Assembly (NCBI GenBank): GCA_028534125.1
Contig: CM052832.1
Span: 7,752,001-7,816,000 of the forward strand
DNA: 64,000 nt
Source: Lama glama
Lineage: Eukaryota
Direction: 5' to 3'
Each line of letters opens with the position of its first letter. Within the stretch, counting starts at the first letter, position 1. Below are positions 25,521 to 38,481 of this stretch, piece by piece. The position numbers and the translations under genes were made by a program. The notes under the pieces are model-generated. The model was not told where the DNA came from and did no database searches. It saw only the letters and a list, made by a program, of their open reading frames with translations.

Positions 25521-27257
25521 TTTGGGTCATTCGTCACACAGAGAAGGAACTTAAGATTTAGAAAGAAATGTTGAGATATTTCTCCATGGCAAAATTTTAA
25601 GATGAGTAGAACTTTCAAAATACAAATTTGCATCAATCCCAACCTAGTATTTCTCATTTTTGCTCTTTTCTCTCTTTTACCTTTTATAGCAGTCTTTAAA
25701 GTGAGGCTTTCTAATTCTTTCTCCAGTTTAGCTGTTTGGTGTTAAAAACCTCTCAAAACAACCAACTCTTGCTGTAAATATTCACGCACAGCAAAGCACT
25801 GTTTTCCAACTACGAGCTTTCACACTACCTTAAGCCCTTGTTCTGTAAGACATAATGGAAACAGGCAAGATGCTGGAGACATAGTTAGTCACAGCCAAAA
25901 TCCCTCAGATCTCATGTGTCAACTCCCACTAGACTCACCAAAATCTCCTTAGGAGAATAAATCACTCCAAACTTGCTGTTGTGCAACTTCAAAATAAATG
26001 CCAAACATAGAACTTTCTTTTATACACAATGAATTTACCTTCCTCTCTCCCCTTTATACAAACCCCAGGTGCAGAGCATCACACTCAGTTCACAGCACCT
26101 GTCACTGGCCAGTCTGCAAGGCTAGCCCTTGATCCACCGATTCCCCATTTCTGGCCTCCAATCCTCTCTTCCCACAGACAACCCTTTAATGTGTGTCATA
26201 TGCATCCTTAAATTTGTACACGTAATTCTAAATGAGCAGTACGGTGTTTAAGCATGCAAACATGTACTCTGTATAAATGATATGGTCCTAGGAACCTCAT
26301 TCTGTGTTTTAGCTTACCCCCTCCCCCACTAAACACCATGTTGTAAGGACATACATTGCCCCATGTTTCTATGCTATGCAGAGCTCCATTCACTCACTTT
26401 ACTTGTCTCCACTGAGGTTACCTCCACCTCCTGCTTCCACAGCAACCTGTGGTGACCATGCTCGTACATGTTCCCTTATGGACCTGGAGGATGAGTTCAT
26501 TGGGCTGCCCGTGCAGGAGGGGGGCTGTGGAGACATGGGGCATAAACACACTTCATGGACTGAGTGCTGTCGGTTGTTTTCCAGCATGAGTACCCCTATC
26601 CTCACTTCCACCCAGAGTCCACATATTTCTTATTTCCCCAGATCCATGCAACCTTGGCATTACCCAACTTTCCAGTTTTGACATCCCAGTGTGTGTAAAC
26701 TCTATTGTCAATTCAATTTTAATTTCTCTGACTCCTGATGTGTTTGAATATTCCCCACCCACCCCCTGCTTCTTTAGCCGTTTGGTCTCCCTTTTCTGTA
26801 AACTGCCCGTTCACATCATTTTCCCATTTTTATCTATTTGGGTTTCCTTTGTAATATATATTAATGTTGGGTAAGGCCAATCTCTCTTTTTGCTCATCTT
26901 TTGTTGACATAATTATTCATGCACTTCTATGTTTCTGTAAAAATTTTAGAATAAATGCATTGCATTTCTAAAAAAATGCAACAGATTTTTATAGGTTAGG
27001 ATTATATTGAATTTGTAGATCATTTAAGAGATATTTCGACCTTATAATGTTATGCCATCCCATCTAAATGTATGGAGTCACACTCCCGGCTATTTAGATT
27101 TTTTCTTTGGTACCCCTTAGAAGAACTTTAACTTTCTTCCATGGTATATTCTTCAAATGAAATCCTAGATTTAGCTCATAGTATAAACCATCAAGAGAAA
27201 AAGAAAAGACTAAAAAATGAAATTAAAGAATGTGAGTAATAAAAAAGGTTTTTCTAT

Positions 27258-27767
27258 TGAGGTGGAAAGCCCCATGAAAATGATCAGCAGGACCCCCAGG
27301 CAAGGCCACTACTCTCCTGCCAGCATCATCCAGTTCCCTGGCCCAGCGGCATTATCTGGCTTTTTGCCTCTGAAATGACTTGCTTCTAGGAAAGTGGAAC
27401 TTACCCCTAAGATTCTATTGGTTCCCTGAGCTAACTCCTGATTGGTCCTTTTGTAATGCCTCATTTGCATGGAGCTCACTCCTGATTGGTCCATTTCTAC
27501 AAAGCTCATTCCTAATTAAGTCAACTTTGTTACACTTATTTGCATATGATGTTGAAAAGTCTAGACGGCAGCCTATAAAAGCCTGTGTAAACCTACAGCT
27601 GGGGTCCACAGCTTGGAGTGTTACCTCCTCTGTGCCTGCTGGCATAATAAACCTGAGTTCTCCAACTCTGCGTGCTGCTTGGTCTCTTGTCAGGATACAG
27701 GTCACTGTCACAACTGAGCTGTAACATTCAGCTTTAATACTGAGTTGTAACACACTTTGCTGCAACA
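27258..27767 (+). mobile_element. Intact solo LTR, ERV1 (gammaretrovirus-like) class, 510 bp
   Basis: TG...CA termini with a 4-bp TSD CTAT (27254-27257 and 27768-27771). TATAAAA at 27574-27580 and AATAAA at 27646-27651. Confidence 0.9.
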
Positions 27768-28231
27768 CTATTATTAATAATTTTTTTATTTTTGATTACA
27801 TTTGAGTTGTCTATTGCCAGAAGAAAATACTACTAGTTAATTTTTTGTAAGTTAAACTTGTATCTGGCAACCTTGCTAACTATCCTTATCAGTCTTATGA
27901 GTTTGCTGGGGGTGTTTTTGTTTTTGTTTTTGTTTTTGCAAGTAAGGATAGCTATTTCTTCTCTGCTACTCTTTATGCGCTTTTTCTTATCATTGTCTTG
28001 TTCCATTGTGAATATGTTTTGGTGGGGAAGGGAGGGTACTTAATAGTTTTTTTTCCAGGACTAATACTTCGCTCAGTCACAGCAACAATAGTGAAATCCC
28101 TGTTTTGTTACAATATTAAAGGGGATCTCTAAAGTTTCTCCATTAAATATGATGTTTACTATAGCTGTTTGATGTATATGACTTCTATCAGCTTGAGGGA
28201 GTGCCCACCTATTTCTCGTTTGTAAAGACGT

Positions 28232-28707
28232 TATCTTAGTCCTTTCCATCCACTGTAACATAATACCATAGACTGGGTGGCTTATTTTAGTTTTTTATTT
28301 TTTTAATGGCAGTATGGGGGATTGAACCCAGGACTTTGTGCCTGCTAAGAATGCCTTCTACCACTGAGCTATTTCCTTCCCTTCTTGGGTGGCCTATAAA
28401 CAGCCAGGATGTGTTTCTCCCAGTTCTGGAGGCTGGAAGTTCAACATCAAGATGCCAGCATGATCGGGTTCTGGTGAAGGCCTCTTCCAAGTTGTAGACA
28501 GCTGACTTCTCATTTTGTCCTCAAGTGGTGGAAGGGGCAAAGGGTGTCTCTGGAGCCTCTTATAAATGTACTAATCCCATTCATGAGGGCAGAGACCTAT
28601 GACCTAATCACCTCCCAAACCCCACCTCCTAATACTACCTCCTGGGGGGTTAGGATTTCAACACGAACTTGGTGGTGAGTGGAGACACAAACATTCAGCC
28701 CACAGCA
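28232..28707 (-). mobile_element. MaLR MLT1A-like LTR, interrupted by a SINE
   Basis: ataccatagactgggtggctta...cagttctggaggctggaagttcaacatcaagatgccagca...ctaatcccattcatgagggc...gacacaaacattcag. Confidence 0.9.
28285..28383 (-). mobile_element. tRNA-derived SINE (camelid Vic-1-like)
   Basis: ggggattgaacccaggactttgtgcctgctaagaatgccttctaccactgagcta, flanked by duplicated tgggtggc(t/c)ta. Confidence 0.85.
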
Positions 28708-29181
28708 GAGACTTTTGTCTCTGATCACATGTAAGTGTTGAAATTTTTAAAAATGCTTCTTTTGCATCTAGAATGAGTGGGTAATGTTATTCCTTTTCTC
28801 CTTAACCCATGAATGCGAGGAATTATATGATGGATGTTTTGGTTTTGAACTACCTTTTTCTTCATGGGGTAAACTTTACATAACTGGGATTATGTTTTTT
28901 GTTTGTTTGTTTTTTAAATAAGATGTTGAAATAGGATGGCTGACATTTTATTTGGTATTTAAAAATTTTAACCTTACTGAACATATTCTTTGAGAAACTA
29001 CACTAGAAATAGTTTCAAGTCACAAAACCGTACATCATGGTTCTTGCTCAACTTTAAGAAATTGTAGATGAGGATCTGGCAGAGAATTAAGACTAGTAAA
29101 AGATGTCAATGTTATAGTAAGATAAAGGTATATAATTATATACATATATTAATTGAACTTATTATTTTCTTTGAGAGAACA

Positions 29182-29554
29182 GCTGCTGCCATCCGAATGT
29201 TTACCACCCCCCAACCCCAAATTCATATGTTGAAATCTTAATCCCAAGATGAAGTTATTAGGAGGGTGGGGCCTTTGGGAGGAGATCAGATCATGAGGAT
29301 GGAGCCCTCATGAATGGGATTAGTGCCCTTATAAAAGAGACCCCAGAGAGCTCTTTCGCCCCTTCTGCCATCAGAGGTTACAGCAAAAAGACATGCGTCT
29401 ATGACCCAGGAGGTGAAGCCCCATCAGACACTGAATCTGCCCATGACCTGGTCTTGGACTTCACAGCTTCTAGAACTAAGAGAAATAAATTTTTGTTGTT
29501 CACAAGCCTCCAAGTCTATGGTATTTGTTAGAGCAACCTGAATCAGCTAAGACA
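29182..29554 (+). mobile_element. MaLR MLT1A-like LTR
   Basis: aaattcatatgttgaaatc...ggggcctttgggagg...ggagccctcatgaatgggattagtgcccttataaaagagacccc...aataaa...ctaagaca. Confidence 0.92.
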
Positions 29555-30489
29555 AGTTAATAAGAGAAAAAGGCTGGTGAGAGAAAGAGAGACAAATCTC
29601 TGAAATCACCAAATGTTCTTTGAATAAGTCATCCACTATGACACAAAATAATCAGTCTCATAAATTTCAGACTTACATTTCTTTTCACTTAGTGCTTCAT
29701 TTTTTATATCCTCCTCAAAGATCTGGCAAGATTGCCAGTAAGTTCCAAGTTTTCCCACATGATCTAGAAGACAGGTCTCTGCTTACGCAGAAGGATGACC
29801 TCTTCCCTCCCAGCATCTCCAGGAGCCCAGGTGGTCTCCACCATGTCCAGCACCTGCCTGGGTGTTCAAGGGTCCTCAGACCTATTGAATCCTCTCGGGT
29901 CTCAGGTCAGCAGGAGAAGATGGATGGAACAAAGCAGGAAGCTGTCCTGTCTTTCCTCATGAAAGCAATGCTTTTCCCTGGAGGAGGGAAGCTGTCCCTG
30001 GCCACTGCCTGCTGCTCAGGCCAGTGCGGGAGGGACACAGACTGCTTCCTCCCAGAGGCCAAGGACATTGAGCAGGAGGTGAGCACGTTATCCCGCACAT
30101 CTACTCGGTTCTAAAGAAAAGGGAGGCCCGTAATCCAAAGGTCTTATTTTCATTGGAATATAAATAAGAACTTCATTATCTTTTGGTGGGAAATAACACT
30201 TTTCTCCTGAATTTCTATGATCCCCCTGTGTCCCCAGCTTTCCCAGGACTAGGTTCCACTGACTTTGTGGAGACCACCTCTCAGAAAGGACAGGAAGTAC
30301 TTCGGAAGATGGAGGAGGTCACGGCATGAAAATCCACCTTTAGCGCATCCCCTCCCAGGTGGAGAATCTGCAGAGTCTCCCTCAGGGAAAAGAGCCACAT
30401 ACAGGAATGCTGGTGATCGTCCACCGAGCACTGTCCAGGGGCCACTGACTATGTGTCGGGATCTCACTTAATTAACTGCCCAACCTGAT

Positions 30490-30620
30490 AGGCAGGCCTA
30501 TGATCCCCATTTTATACATGGCACAACCACAACTCAACAAGGTTAAGTAATTCGCCAAGGGTCGTACTGCTGTGCAGGGGCAGTAGGTGGGGTTAGATAT
30601 AAACCAGCCTATTTTACCAC
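30490..30620 (-). mobile_element. MIR fragment
   Basis: atccccattttatacatg...ggttaagtaattcgccaagggtc. Confidence 0.55.
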
Positions 30621-32923
30621 CTCCCTGAGGCTTTTAAGTGACATGATGGACTTGTGCAGACATCTCAGAAGAGACAGCACCAGAACGAAAATTGGGAAAC
30701 CCCAAGTCTCCTCCCCACCTCTGCCTCCAACTGGCTGTGGGACTCTCTGAACCGCTGTTTCTTCATCTATCCAGGAAGCAGGCTGAGGAGATGACTTTTA
30801 AAGGCCCCTTCCAGCCATGCTTTTAGGGCCAAGAAAACATCACATGCTATTTTGCACTAAATTCCACCAAATTCCTCACGCCCAGAACCGAGTAGTTCAC
30901 ATGGAAGAGCCTCCAATTAACAGCTCTGTGGGTCTGGGGTGTGGACAAGCGACTTCTTGAGGCCAACAAGCCAAAACCACCCCACAGGCGAAGACCACCA
31001 ACATGCTCTCCAAACCTGTGTTCTGAGTGGCTGGCCCAGATGGAAATCTGCAATTAGCTCTTTTAATCCTGAAAATAGCTTCGCTACTGTTGTATACAGT
31101 CACGTAGGAAAAGGAAAAACCAGGGGCCGCCACAGTCAAGTTGGGGGGAGTTGGAGATTCAGGGCTTGGAGCGCCAACCTTCTATTTGAGTTGTGTGTGG
31201 TTGCAGATAATGTTCTGATTTCCAGCGAGCTGACAGCTGGGATGAACAGCCGCTCAACCTGATTAGATATGCCTGGGCCACAGACGCTGGGGCCACAGAC
31301 AAGCGCTCATTTGAAATGCATGCCACTGGCACCCGACAGAAAGAATAAAGGCTGGTCTCAACAGACAACACATTCTTGGATGCAAACCTTATGGTTTCAA
31401 CACAGCTAAAAGGGTTTCTAACCGCCTGGGGTTCCTTCTCACTGAATACTCTTTGTCGAAGAGTGTTTAGAACAACTTGTAACTTTAGCACTTTACTGTA
31501 ATTGCCGCTTGTCATTTAGAGCCCAGTGGTATGTGGGGAACCCAGGAGATAGGCAGAGGGGGAGCCAAGAGCCACTGAGTTCCTGCATTTATTCCACACT
31601 GTGTTCCCTGGGACCCTGGGGGCAGCTCCCCACCTTTCCCATCAGGACCCCAGTGCAGCCAAGGAGCCTTGCTGGCTTCCTGCTGGCTGTCAGGACCCCA
31701 TGGCATCTATTTGACCACCAACTGGAATCACTGCTCAAAGGAGATCTCCTTTGTGATGCACCGGCCCCCTGCTCTGTCCTGGTTCCACCTGTGGGTCTCA
31801 GTAGCACGAGGCCTCCGGAGGCATCTCTCCCAGTATCCAAGGTAGCCCCCTGGATGGTGGGAGGGGTCAGAGACTTCTTTGAGTATCTTTATGGTACATT
31901 TAAATGTAAGCACAAGATATGGTCTGAGCACACACCATGGGATGGGTATGGATAATGGCACCTCTTTAGAGCCCCCCCGGGGGAGGACAAGCTTTCCCTG
32001 TCTGCCCATCTCTCAGGACAGCGCTGTGGCCCACGTGTCAGATGGAGGCGCACATCACAGCCACAGGAGCGGTGCGGAGTCTGTTCCTTTACAAACCACA
32101 TATCAGAACCAAGTACACATACATTATTTTTTCAAAACCTGAAGCCTAGGCAAATGCTAACTATAAACTATGACTCCTAAATCCTCCTGTTTGCTTCTCT
32201 CCAACTTTTGCAAAAATCTTTTAATAGGCTTCCCTGCCTCCCCACTCACCATAGTGGTAAAGAGCATGGATGGGAGAGTCTAACTTGGGTGCACCGAGTA
32301 TGGAGTACAAGAGAATCTAACTTGGGTTTGAACCCCTCCTCAGTCTGAGCCACTTGTTTTCCTCATTCATAGTGCACAGTGCAGGCACTGTCAATATCAT
32401 CATCAAAAATCCATCCTCCACCTGATCATCAGCTTAGACTTTGCTGGAACCCCTCTTTGATCACTTTCCTGGTTTAAGTTCCCCCCACGGGGGCATTATC
32501 TGCCCTGCACTGTCATTGTTTGGGTACTTGTCTTATTCCCTTTATTAGAGTCATAAGCTCCTGATGGCAGGAATCTGTGCATGTGTGCAGGGCCTCTCAC
32601 ACAGAATGTGCTACTTTTATGTTGGGCCCTGCTCCAAAACCCTCCAAGGGGCTCCAGAGCCCTCTGGGAGCGGTCCAGGCTCCTATCTCGATGTCCACTG
32701 GTCTTCACTTAGAACTGCAGCAGTGCCTTGAGTCCCACCACCTCACACATCTGCTTATGCTGCTAGTGTTGCTTAGAACCCCCTTCCCACCCTTACCACT
32801 GGGACTCTTATTCATCCCTCAAAGCCCAGTTTAAGTCACATGTTCTCAGTGACACATCCCAGAAGACAACAGTCAGATGGGCTTCCTTCTGCATCTCGTC
32901 TCATATAAAATTTGACTCTAGTC

Positions 32924-33110
32924 CAGGTGTCAGCAAATTATTTCTGTAAAGGGCCAGATAGTAAATATCTTTGTCACAATTACACCACTCTGCAGAAGCA
33001 GCCATCAAGAATACATACCTAAATGGACATGGCTGTGTTCCGGTGATAAGTTACAAGAACAGGTAGCAGGCCAGGTTTAGCCTTCAGGCTGAAGTGTGCT
33101 GATCTCTGCC
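32924..33110 (+). mobile_element. MER58-type hAT-Charlie MITE
   Basis: caggtgtcagcaaattatttctgtaaagggccagatagtaaatat...gcagccat...atggctgtgttcc...gtttagcc...tgctgatctctg. Confidence 0.85.
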
Positions 33111-33471
33111 CTTGTCCTTTATGGTGTTCATGACAGGCAGCCTTTGTGTTATGGTTATCTGAGGACAAATCTCCTTTCAACTTCTAGAATAAAAATTCCT
33201 TGAGGGCAAGAGCAGCACTTTTCTGCTGCCATCACTCTTAAGAGGCATACAGAAATTACTTATTAGATATTTGAAGAAAGACTGGAAGAATGAGGTGGTG
33301 AGAGGGCTTGGGGTGAGGGTGGGAGAGAGATACCCAGAGAAGAATTGAGGACACAGAGAGAGTCAGAAACACAGAGAGAGAAGCAAAGACCAGAAGACGA
33401 GATGAAAAACAGGCAAGAGAGCACACGGCAGACTCTCCCCAGTGCAAAGGTGTAGAAAGAGTAAGAACAGA

Positions 33472-33890
33472 GTGTTACGGAGGTGATAGGGTACCACACC
33501 CCCTCCCCCAGATTCGTAAACTGAAATCCTAACTCCCAGTGCCTCAGAGTGTGAATATATTTGAAGAAAGGGACTTTAAAAAAGAAATTAAGTTAAAATG
33601 AGGCTATCCGGGTGGGCCCTCAACCAATCTGACTGATATCTTTATAAGAAGAGGAAATTTGGACATGCAAAGAAACTCCAGGGGTGAGCGTCCCCAGAAA
33701 GATGACCACGTGGGGACACAGTGAGAAGACGGCCATCTGCAAGCCAAGGAGAGAGGCCTCAGTAGAAACCAGATCTGCCAACACCTTGATCTTGGACTTC
33801 CGGCCTCCCCACTTGTGAGAAAATCCATTCCTGTTGTTTAAGCCACCCAGTCTGTGGTGTTTCGTTATGGCAGCCCTAGCAAACTACACA
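33472..33890 (+). mobile_element. MaLR MLT1B/C-like LTR
   Basis: aagttaaaatgaggc...ggccatctgcaagccaaggagagaggcctcag...ccttgatcttggacttcc...ctgttgtttaagccacccagtctgtggt...gcagccctagcaaact. Confidence 0.92.
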
Positions 33891-35699
33891 GAGGAAGGCC
33901 AATTAGAAAAACAGAAGGAAAGCCTCAGTAAACGTTAATGATTTCAAATATTTCGCCTGTTCTTTCTCAACGATTATGGCTTTCTGAAGACATTAGGGTT
34001 TTATTCTGTTGGGAGGTGAGGGTGGGGGGGAGTTTAAGAATGGGTTCAGTTTCCAAGTCCTGGGTTTCAAGTCTGTAGCTCCAGGCTTGCATTTCTAATA
34101 CTGTCAAAGCCTGATGGTTCTGATGAGTGCTGTCCCAGCCAGTTTCCCCACAGTTTTCCAGAAACATTTCTTGCATGTCCACTCAAACTTAATCACCTAA
34201 ATACCTGCCATTTCTCATGGACTTTTGAAGGGTTATGTTTGCTTTGTAGAGTTTAAGGAAAGCATTTGATTTTTTCTCCCCTTGTAAAAACTCCAGTTGG
34301 AAGAAATCATTTTATTTTCCCCTCTAGGTTTATTTTGTTTAGCTAAAGCCATTAGAAATAGCTTCGGTTTTACATTTTTCTTGTCTGCTTGCAAAGTGTG
34401 TTGACACGGTGGTTGAATTTCAATGGTTTGGATTGTTTTGAATGACTTCTGTGTTTTTGTTCCCAGTTCCCCCAAATACTGGTTGCTATCTAGGTGACCA
34501 GGTGAATGAGTTAATTAGGAAGAGGTATTTTCCCTAAGTATAGGTTTAAATGTGTATATTGAAGTTGAAAATCAGATGTTCCCATAGATACAAGACAACC
34601 TGTGTATCAATATTTCCTCTCTGGAGCAGCTGACTCTGAGATCTCACTAAGCCAAATCTTTGGGGCACATGCTGTGGCCTTCCACCCCTGGAGGGCACGT
34701 CCTATATTAGGTCAAAACCAAAACCACCTGAAAGCGTCAGAGTTGCACTTCCCTGCATCCCGTTTTCTGGCAGAGGGTGACACAGGAAGTTCCCACTTGA
34801 CTAGTATAATGTTGAGGTGCTCATACAGATATCTGGACTTCATTACATTTTCTTAACAATCCTCTGGAGTTAGGTGCTATATTTGTCGTCATCATCTCGC
34901 TTCTACAGATGAAAAACTGAGGACCAAAGAGGTTGTCCAAAGCTGCTTTACATGTCAGTTCTCTTTTGTGACTGTGCCTTACCAATCAAAAGTTTGCTGG
35001 TGAGGGGGCCAGGCCCTGGGTTCTTTCACTCCTTGGTGTCCCCACCTTGGTGCCTTGTAATATTAGACACGGCATTTTGCGTTACGATTCTCACTAGTAC
35101 TTGCAATTCACCAAAATTAACAAAATCCTCTGCTGAGGGATTTCAGGGATCGGTGACAAAAAGGCAGTATGGGACAAATTTTTTTGACCTCAAACTTTCC
35201 TAAAAGCATTCCTTAAATCACACTACAATGGTGGCAGCCAATCCAACACACACAGCCCCCTCCAAACCCCATAAACCTGTTCCTTTGTCAGACAAACATG
35301 CCCTGAGGTGCACTCACTTCCCTAATAAAATTCTGTCTGAGATGGATGAGGAGGGAGGGCCCCAGGGGGAGGCCCTCCTCCCGGAGTAGAGATGCTCTCT
35401 CCCTGACCAAAGCAGGACCCCTTTGCTCCCTGGTGCTGGTGGAGGCAGACTGTCTCCTGCAGTTGGGGTACAGGAAACAGTGGTTAGGACTGACCCCTAA
35501 GAGAAGGTAAGTTCTGAGGGACGAAGAGTCAAGACTGCGCGAAGTAGGATCTCCTACCCACCGGGAGATTTTTCCCGTTCTTGCCAGATTTAGGGTATCT
35601 GGAGTCCAATTTTGTTGAAGAAACCGAGCATTTATGCACACACATCAGATTAAGAGAACAGCCTCTGACTTCTTGCCGTGAAAAGAGACTTCTGCCCTA

Positions 35700-36350
35700 A
35701 GCATTCATTCCGAGTTGGCGCTGTTCCCTTATCAACTTGGACGGCTGCCCCGTCCTGACAAGGCCCCTCCGCTGACCGCGCTGCAGCGCCCTGGCCCGGA
35801 TTCCAGCCCCCGCCCCCCCGCGGCCTTCACACCTGCAGCTCCCAGATTTAATGAGGGCTGTCAGGGATTATCAAGTCGTGAACCCGCTCGCATCCGCCAG
35901 ACTCTCATGAATGAGGCGTTTTGTTCGGCTCCCTCTCGGGTCGTGTTTCTTGGAGCCAACGCAAAGGGAAAAGGCAGCTATTTTAGGCCAGGGTCTAATA
36001 TTTGAATATTGCATGATGAAATAGTGGGCCTATCGAGCCTGTGATTTTTGTAACTCTCTTTTCTCTCCCTCTTCCTCGCCCTTCGTCTCACCGCACTCCC
36101 ACCCCCAGCCCCGCCGGCCGTCTCAGCCCCGTGGTGCCCTTACCGGGGGTCTGGAAACACTGCAGCCGGTGAGTCACAGCTCGGAAACTGAAATGGAGAC
36201 CACTTGCCTGCAAATCCCCCGACGAAAGGTCACCGGAAGCGGACCTGCGAAGGCGGGGCCACGGGCCGACGTGGGCGGAGCCTGAGTCCGAGGCACGTGG
36301 ACGGAATCCTTGATCCAAGGTCATTTTCCGAGGGAAGTCCGATGGGGCAA
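35700..36350. promoter_or_regulatory. CpG-island-like promoter/enhancer candidate
   Basis: Locally dense CpGs in non-repetitive DNA. AP-1 TGAGTCA 36170-36176, ETS ACCGGAAG 36232-36239, GC boxes at ~36252 and ~36273, E-box CACGTG 36294-36299. Confidence 0.6.
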
Positions 36351-38481
36351 GGCCTAATTTTATGGTGTTTTGAGGCCTAAAAAACACTGGTCGATGACAG
36401 AAGGAGAAAATGGTAGTTTGACTATTCCATGGCTTTCGGTTGACAACATTTTGATGGCAAGGGGTTAGAGAAATTTTCAGTGTGAGCCTCCTCACCTTCC
36501 ACCCCCACCCCCGCCCCACCGGGGAGAAGGCTGAGAGCGCAGCAGAGCCAGCCTTTGGCCTCAGGCAGGAGTCTCTGCATTACAGTTACAACTGCTGTTA
36601 TTAACAATTATGAGGAATTATCCTTCCCCTGTTTTCTAACTGTGGCCCTCGGCTGCCGTTAGAGAAGAGATCACTGTAATGATTCTCATCCTCCATCCTT
36701 GCAGCCCTCCAACAAAGCCTTGAGTGGGAGCTGACGGTTCATAGGATTCTTTCCCCTAGCTTCCAGGCAGAAGGAAACTCCTATCCTGCTTTCAGTTTTT
36801 TTCTCTGGCCTTAAAATTATTTATCCATCTACACAAGGAGGAAGGAGTTCCTTCATAAAATACACCAGCCTCTGGAACCTCTGGGAGAGTCTGAAAGACA
36901 CATGGAAGATGGAAAGCAGAAGGTAACCTGCCTGGAAGTTCACAGTTGAGAGGTCTAAAGAGGGGCAAGGAACCACTGTTGAATTGGGGATCACTGAAAC
37001 TGGGTTGGAGCAAGAAAGCAGCTCTTTGTGGCTATAAAGAACCACTCTGGACTGGATCTGCCAAAAACCGTGGGAACACTCAACTTAGAGGTCCTTTGAA
37101 GGATTAAAACACCAACTTTGAAACTTTGGTGTCCTCCTCCGACAGGCAGAGGCTGTTGGCTACGACATTTGTCACATCACGTCTGATGCTTGGGCGGCCG
37201 GAAGGAGCTGCCCTCCGCCCCCTCCATCCAGCGGGGACCTGGGCACTTGGCTCTGCAGCCGGGGCCGTGTGTCCAGGGTAAGGTTGAGTGTGGCCGTGCA
37301 CAGCTGCGCGTTGTGGCTTAGGCTTCTTGTGACTGCTGTGGACAGTGGAGTTTACTGTGGTGTCCTGTAACCAAGATTAGCTGGCAATTCCGGAAATCAG
37401 AGGGTAAAAATAGTTGCAGAGCCGCCAGCCCCTGGCCAGTGCCACCGCGGGAGAGAGGAATGGTGGCTGGAAAGTGCTGAGTGGCACGATCTTTGCTTCC
37501 TTCCGGTGGTGGGAGGTTCTCAGAATAAGGAGATCTGGGCTTTGGATTTCCCCCAAAGGGTTTCTTGGTGCTTCAAGGCTTGCTGAGTCAGTGGAGTCGG
37601 GCTTGGGTGAACTTTCAAGGTTCGGGTTTTGAAAGAGGGGGTGTGTGGGACAAGCCAACTTGGGCTGAGCCAGGGGAGGTAACCGCTGAGGGCGGCCGCT
37701 GGTTGTGTCCATGGACCTCCCATGGCTCCAACATCCTGTCACAGAGGGTTCACGACCTCCCAACCACCTTCGGAAGTCAATCCCTCAGACCCAAGCCTCC
37801 TCTGGCTCCACTGTTCTTGCCTCATGCCAATTCTGCCTCTGAACATGGACGTGTATTAACTAACATCTTCACCCAGTTTCTTCCTCTCCTGTCCCTCCAG
37901 GAAATCTGATTAAAGGCCGAGGTCATGGTCCAGTTCCCATCCCTTCGGTACCATCCCATGTGCTCTCCCTTTGACCTTAACCCTGAATCCCTGTGTACCA
38001 TATTCTCCACATTTTTTTCTGGGGCATGTTCATCGCAAAAAAAAGAAAAGAAAAGAAAGAAATGCTCGGGGCGCCCCTGAGAAATGGAAAACATAAGCTT
38101 TCTACTCATGGCCCACAGAGAAGCTGGACTGACTTGGACTGACAAGAACAGGCATTTGAACTAAATATACATTTAAATTCTAGGCTATCCGTAGGAGGCG
38201 GGAAATCTTTTTATTTTAAAGCTAACATAATCATTTCAACTAGGCTTCCCAAAGTTGAGGTGGTATCAGCCCTTTGATATCCTGCTTTGATATCCAACTT
38301 GACAGGAATAATTCGAATCATTAAGTTCATGTTTCAAATTAAAGGTACTTCTGAAGGGAACGTGTTTCTAAAATAGTTGATTGAGGCTTTGGCTTTTCGA
38401 ACCTTACCAAACCTAATTCATCCCTCTCATCACTGTGCTCATGTAAAACTTGATTTTTTACATTAAAAAGTTTAAAATGTA

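Larger units (their letters stand above)
26200..28960 (-). mobile_element. Ancient L1 (L1ME-like), fragmented; hosts a solo LTR, an MLT1 and a SINE
   Basis: Antisense ORF2-like tracts: ttgaatttgtagatcattt, ttgtatctggcaaccttgctaa, aaagtttctccattaaatatgatgtttact, aaatgcttcttttgcatcta. Confidence 0.65.
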
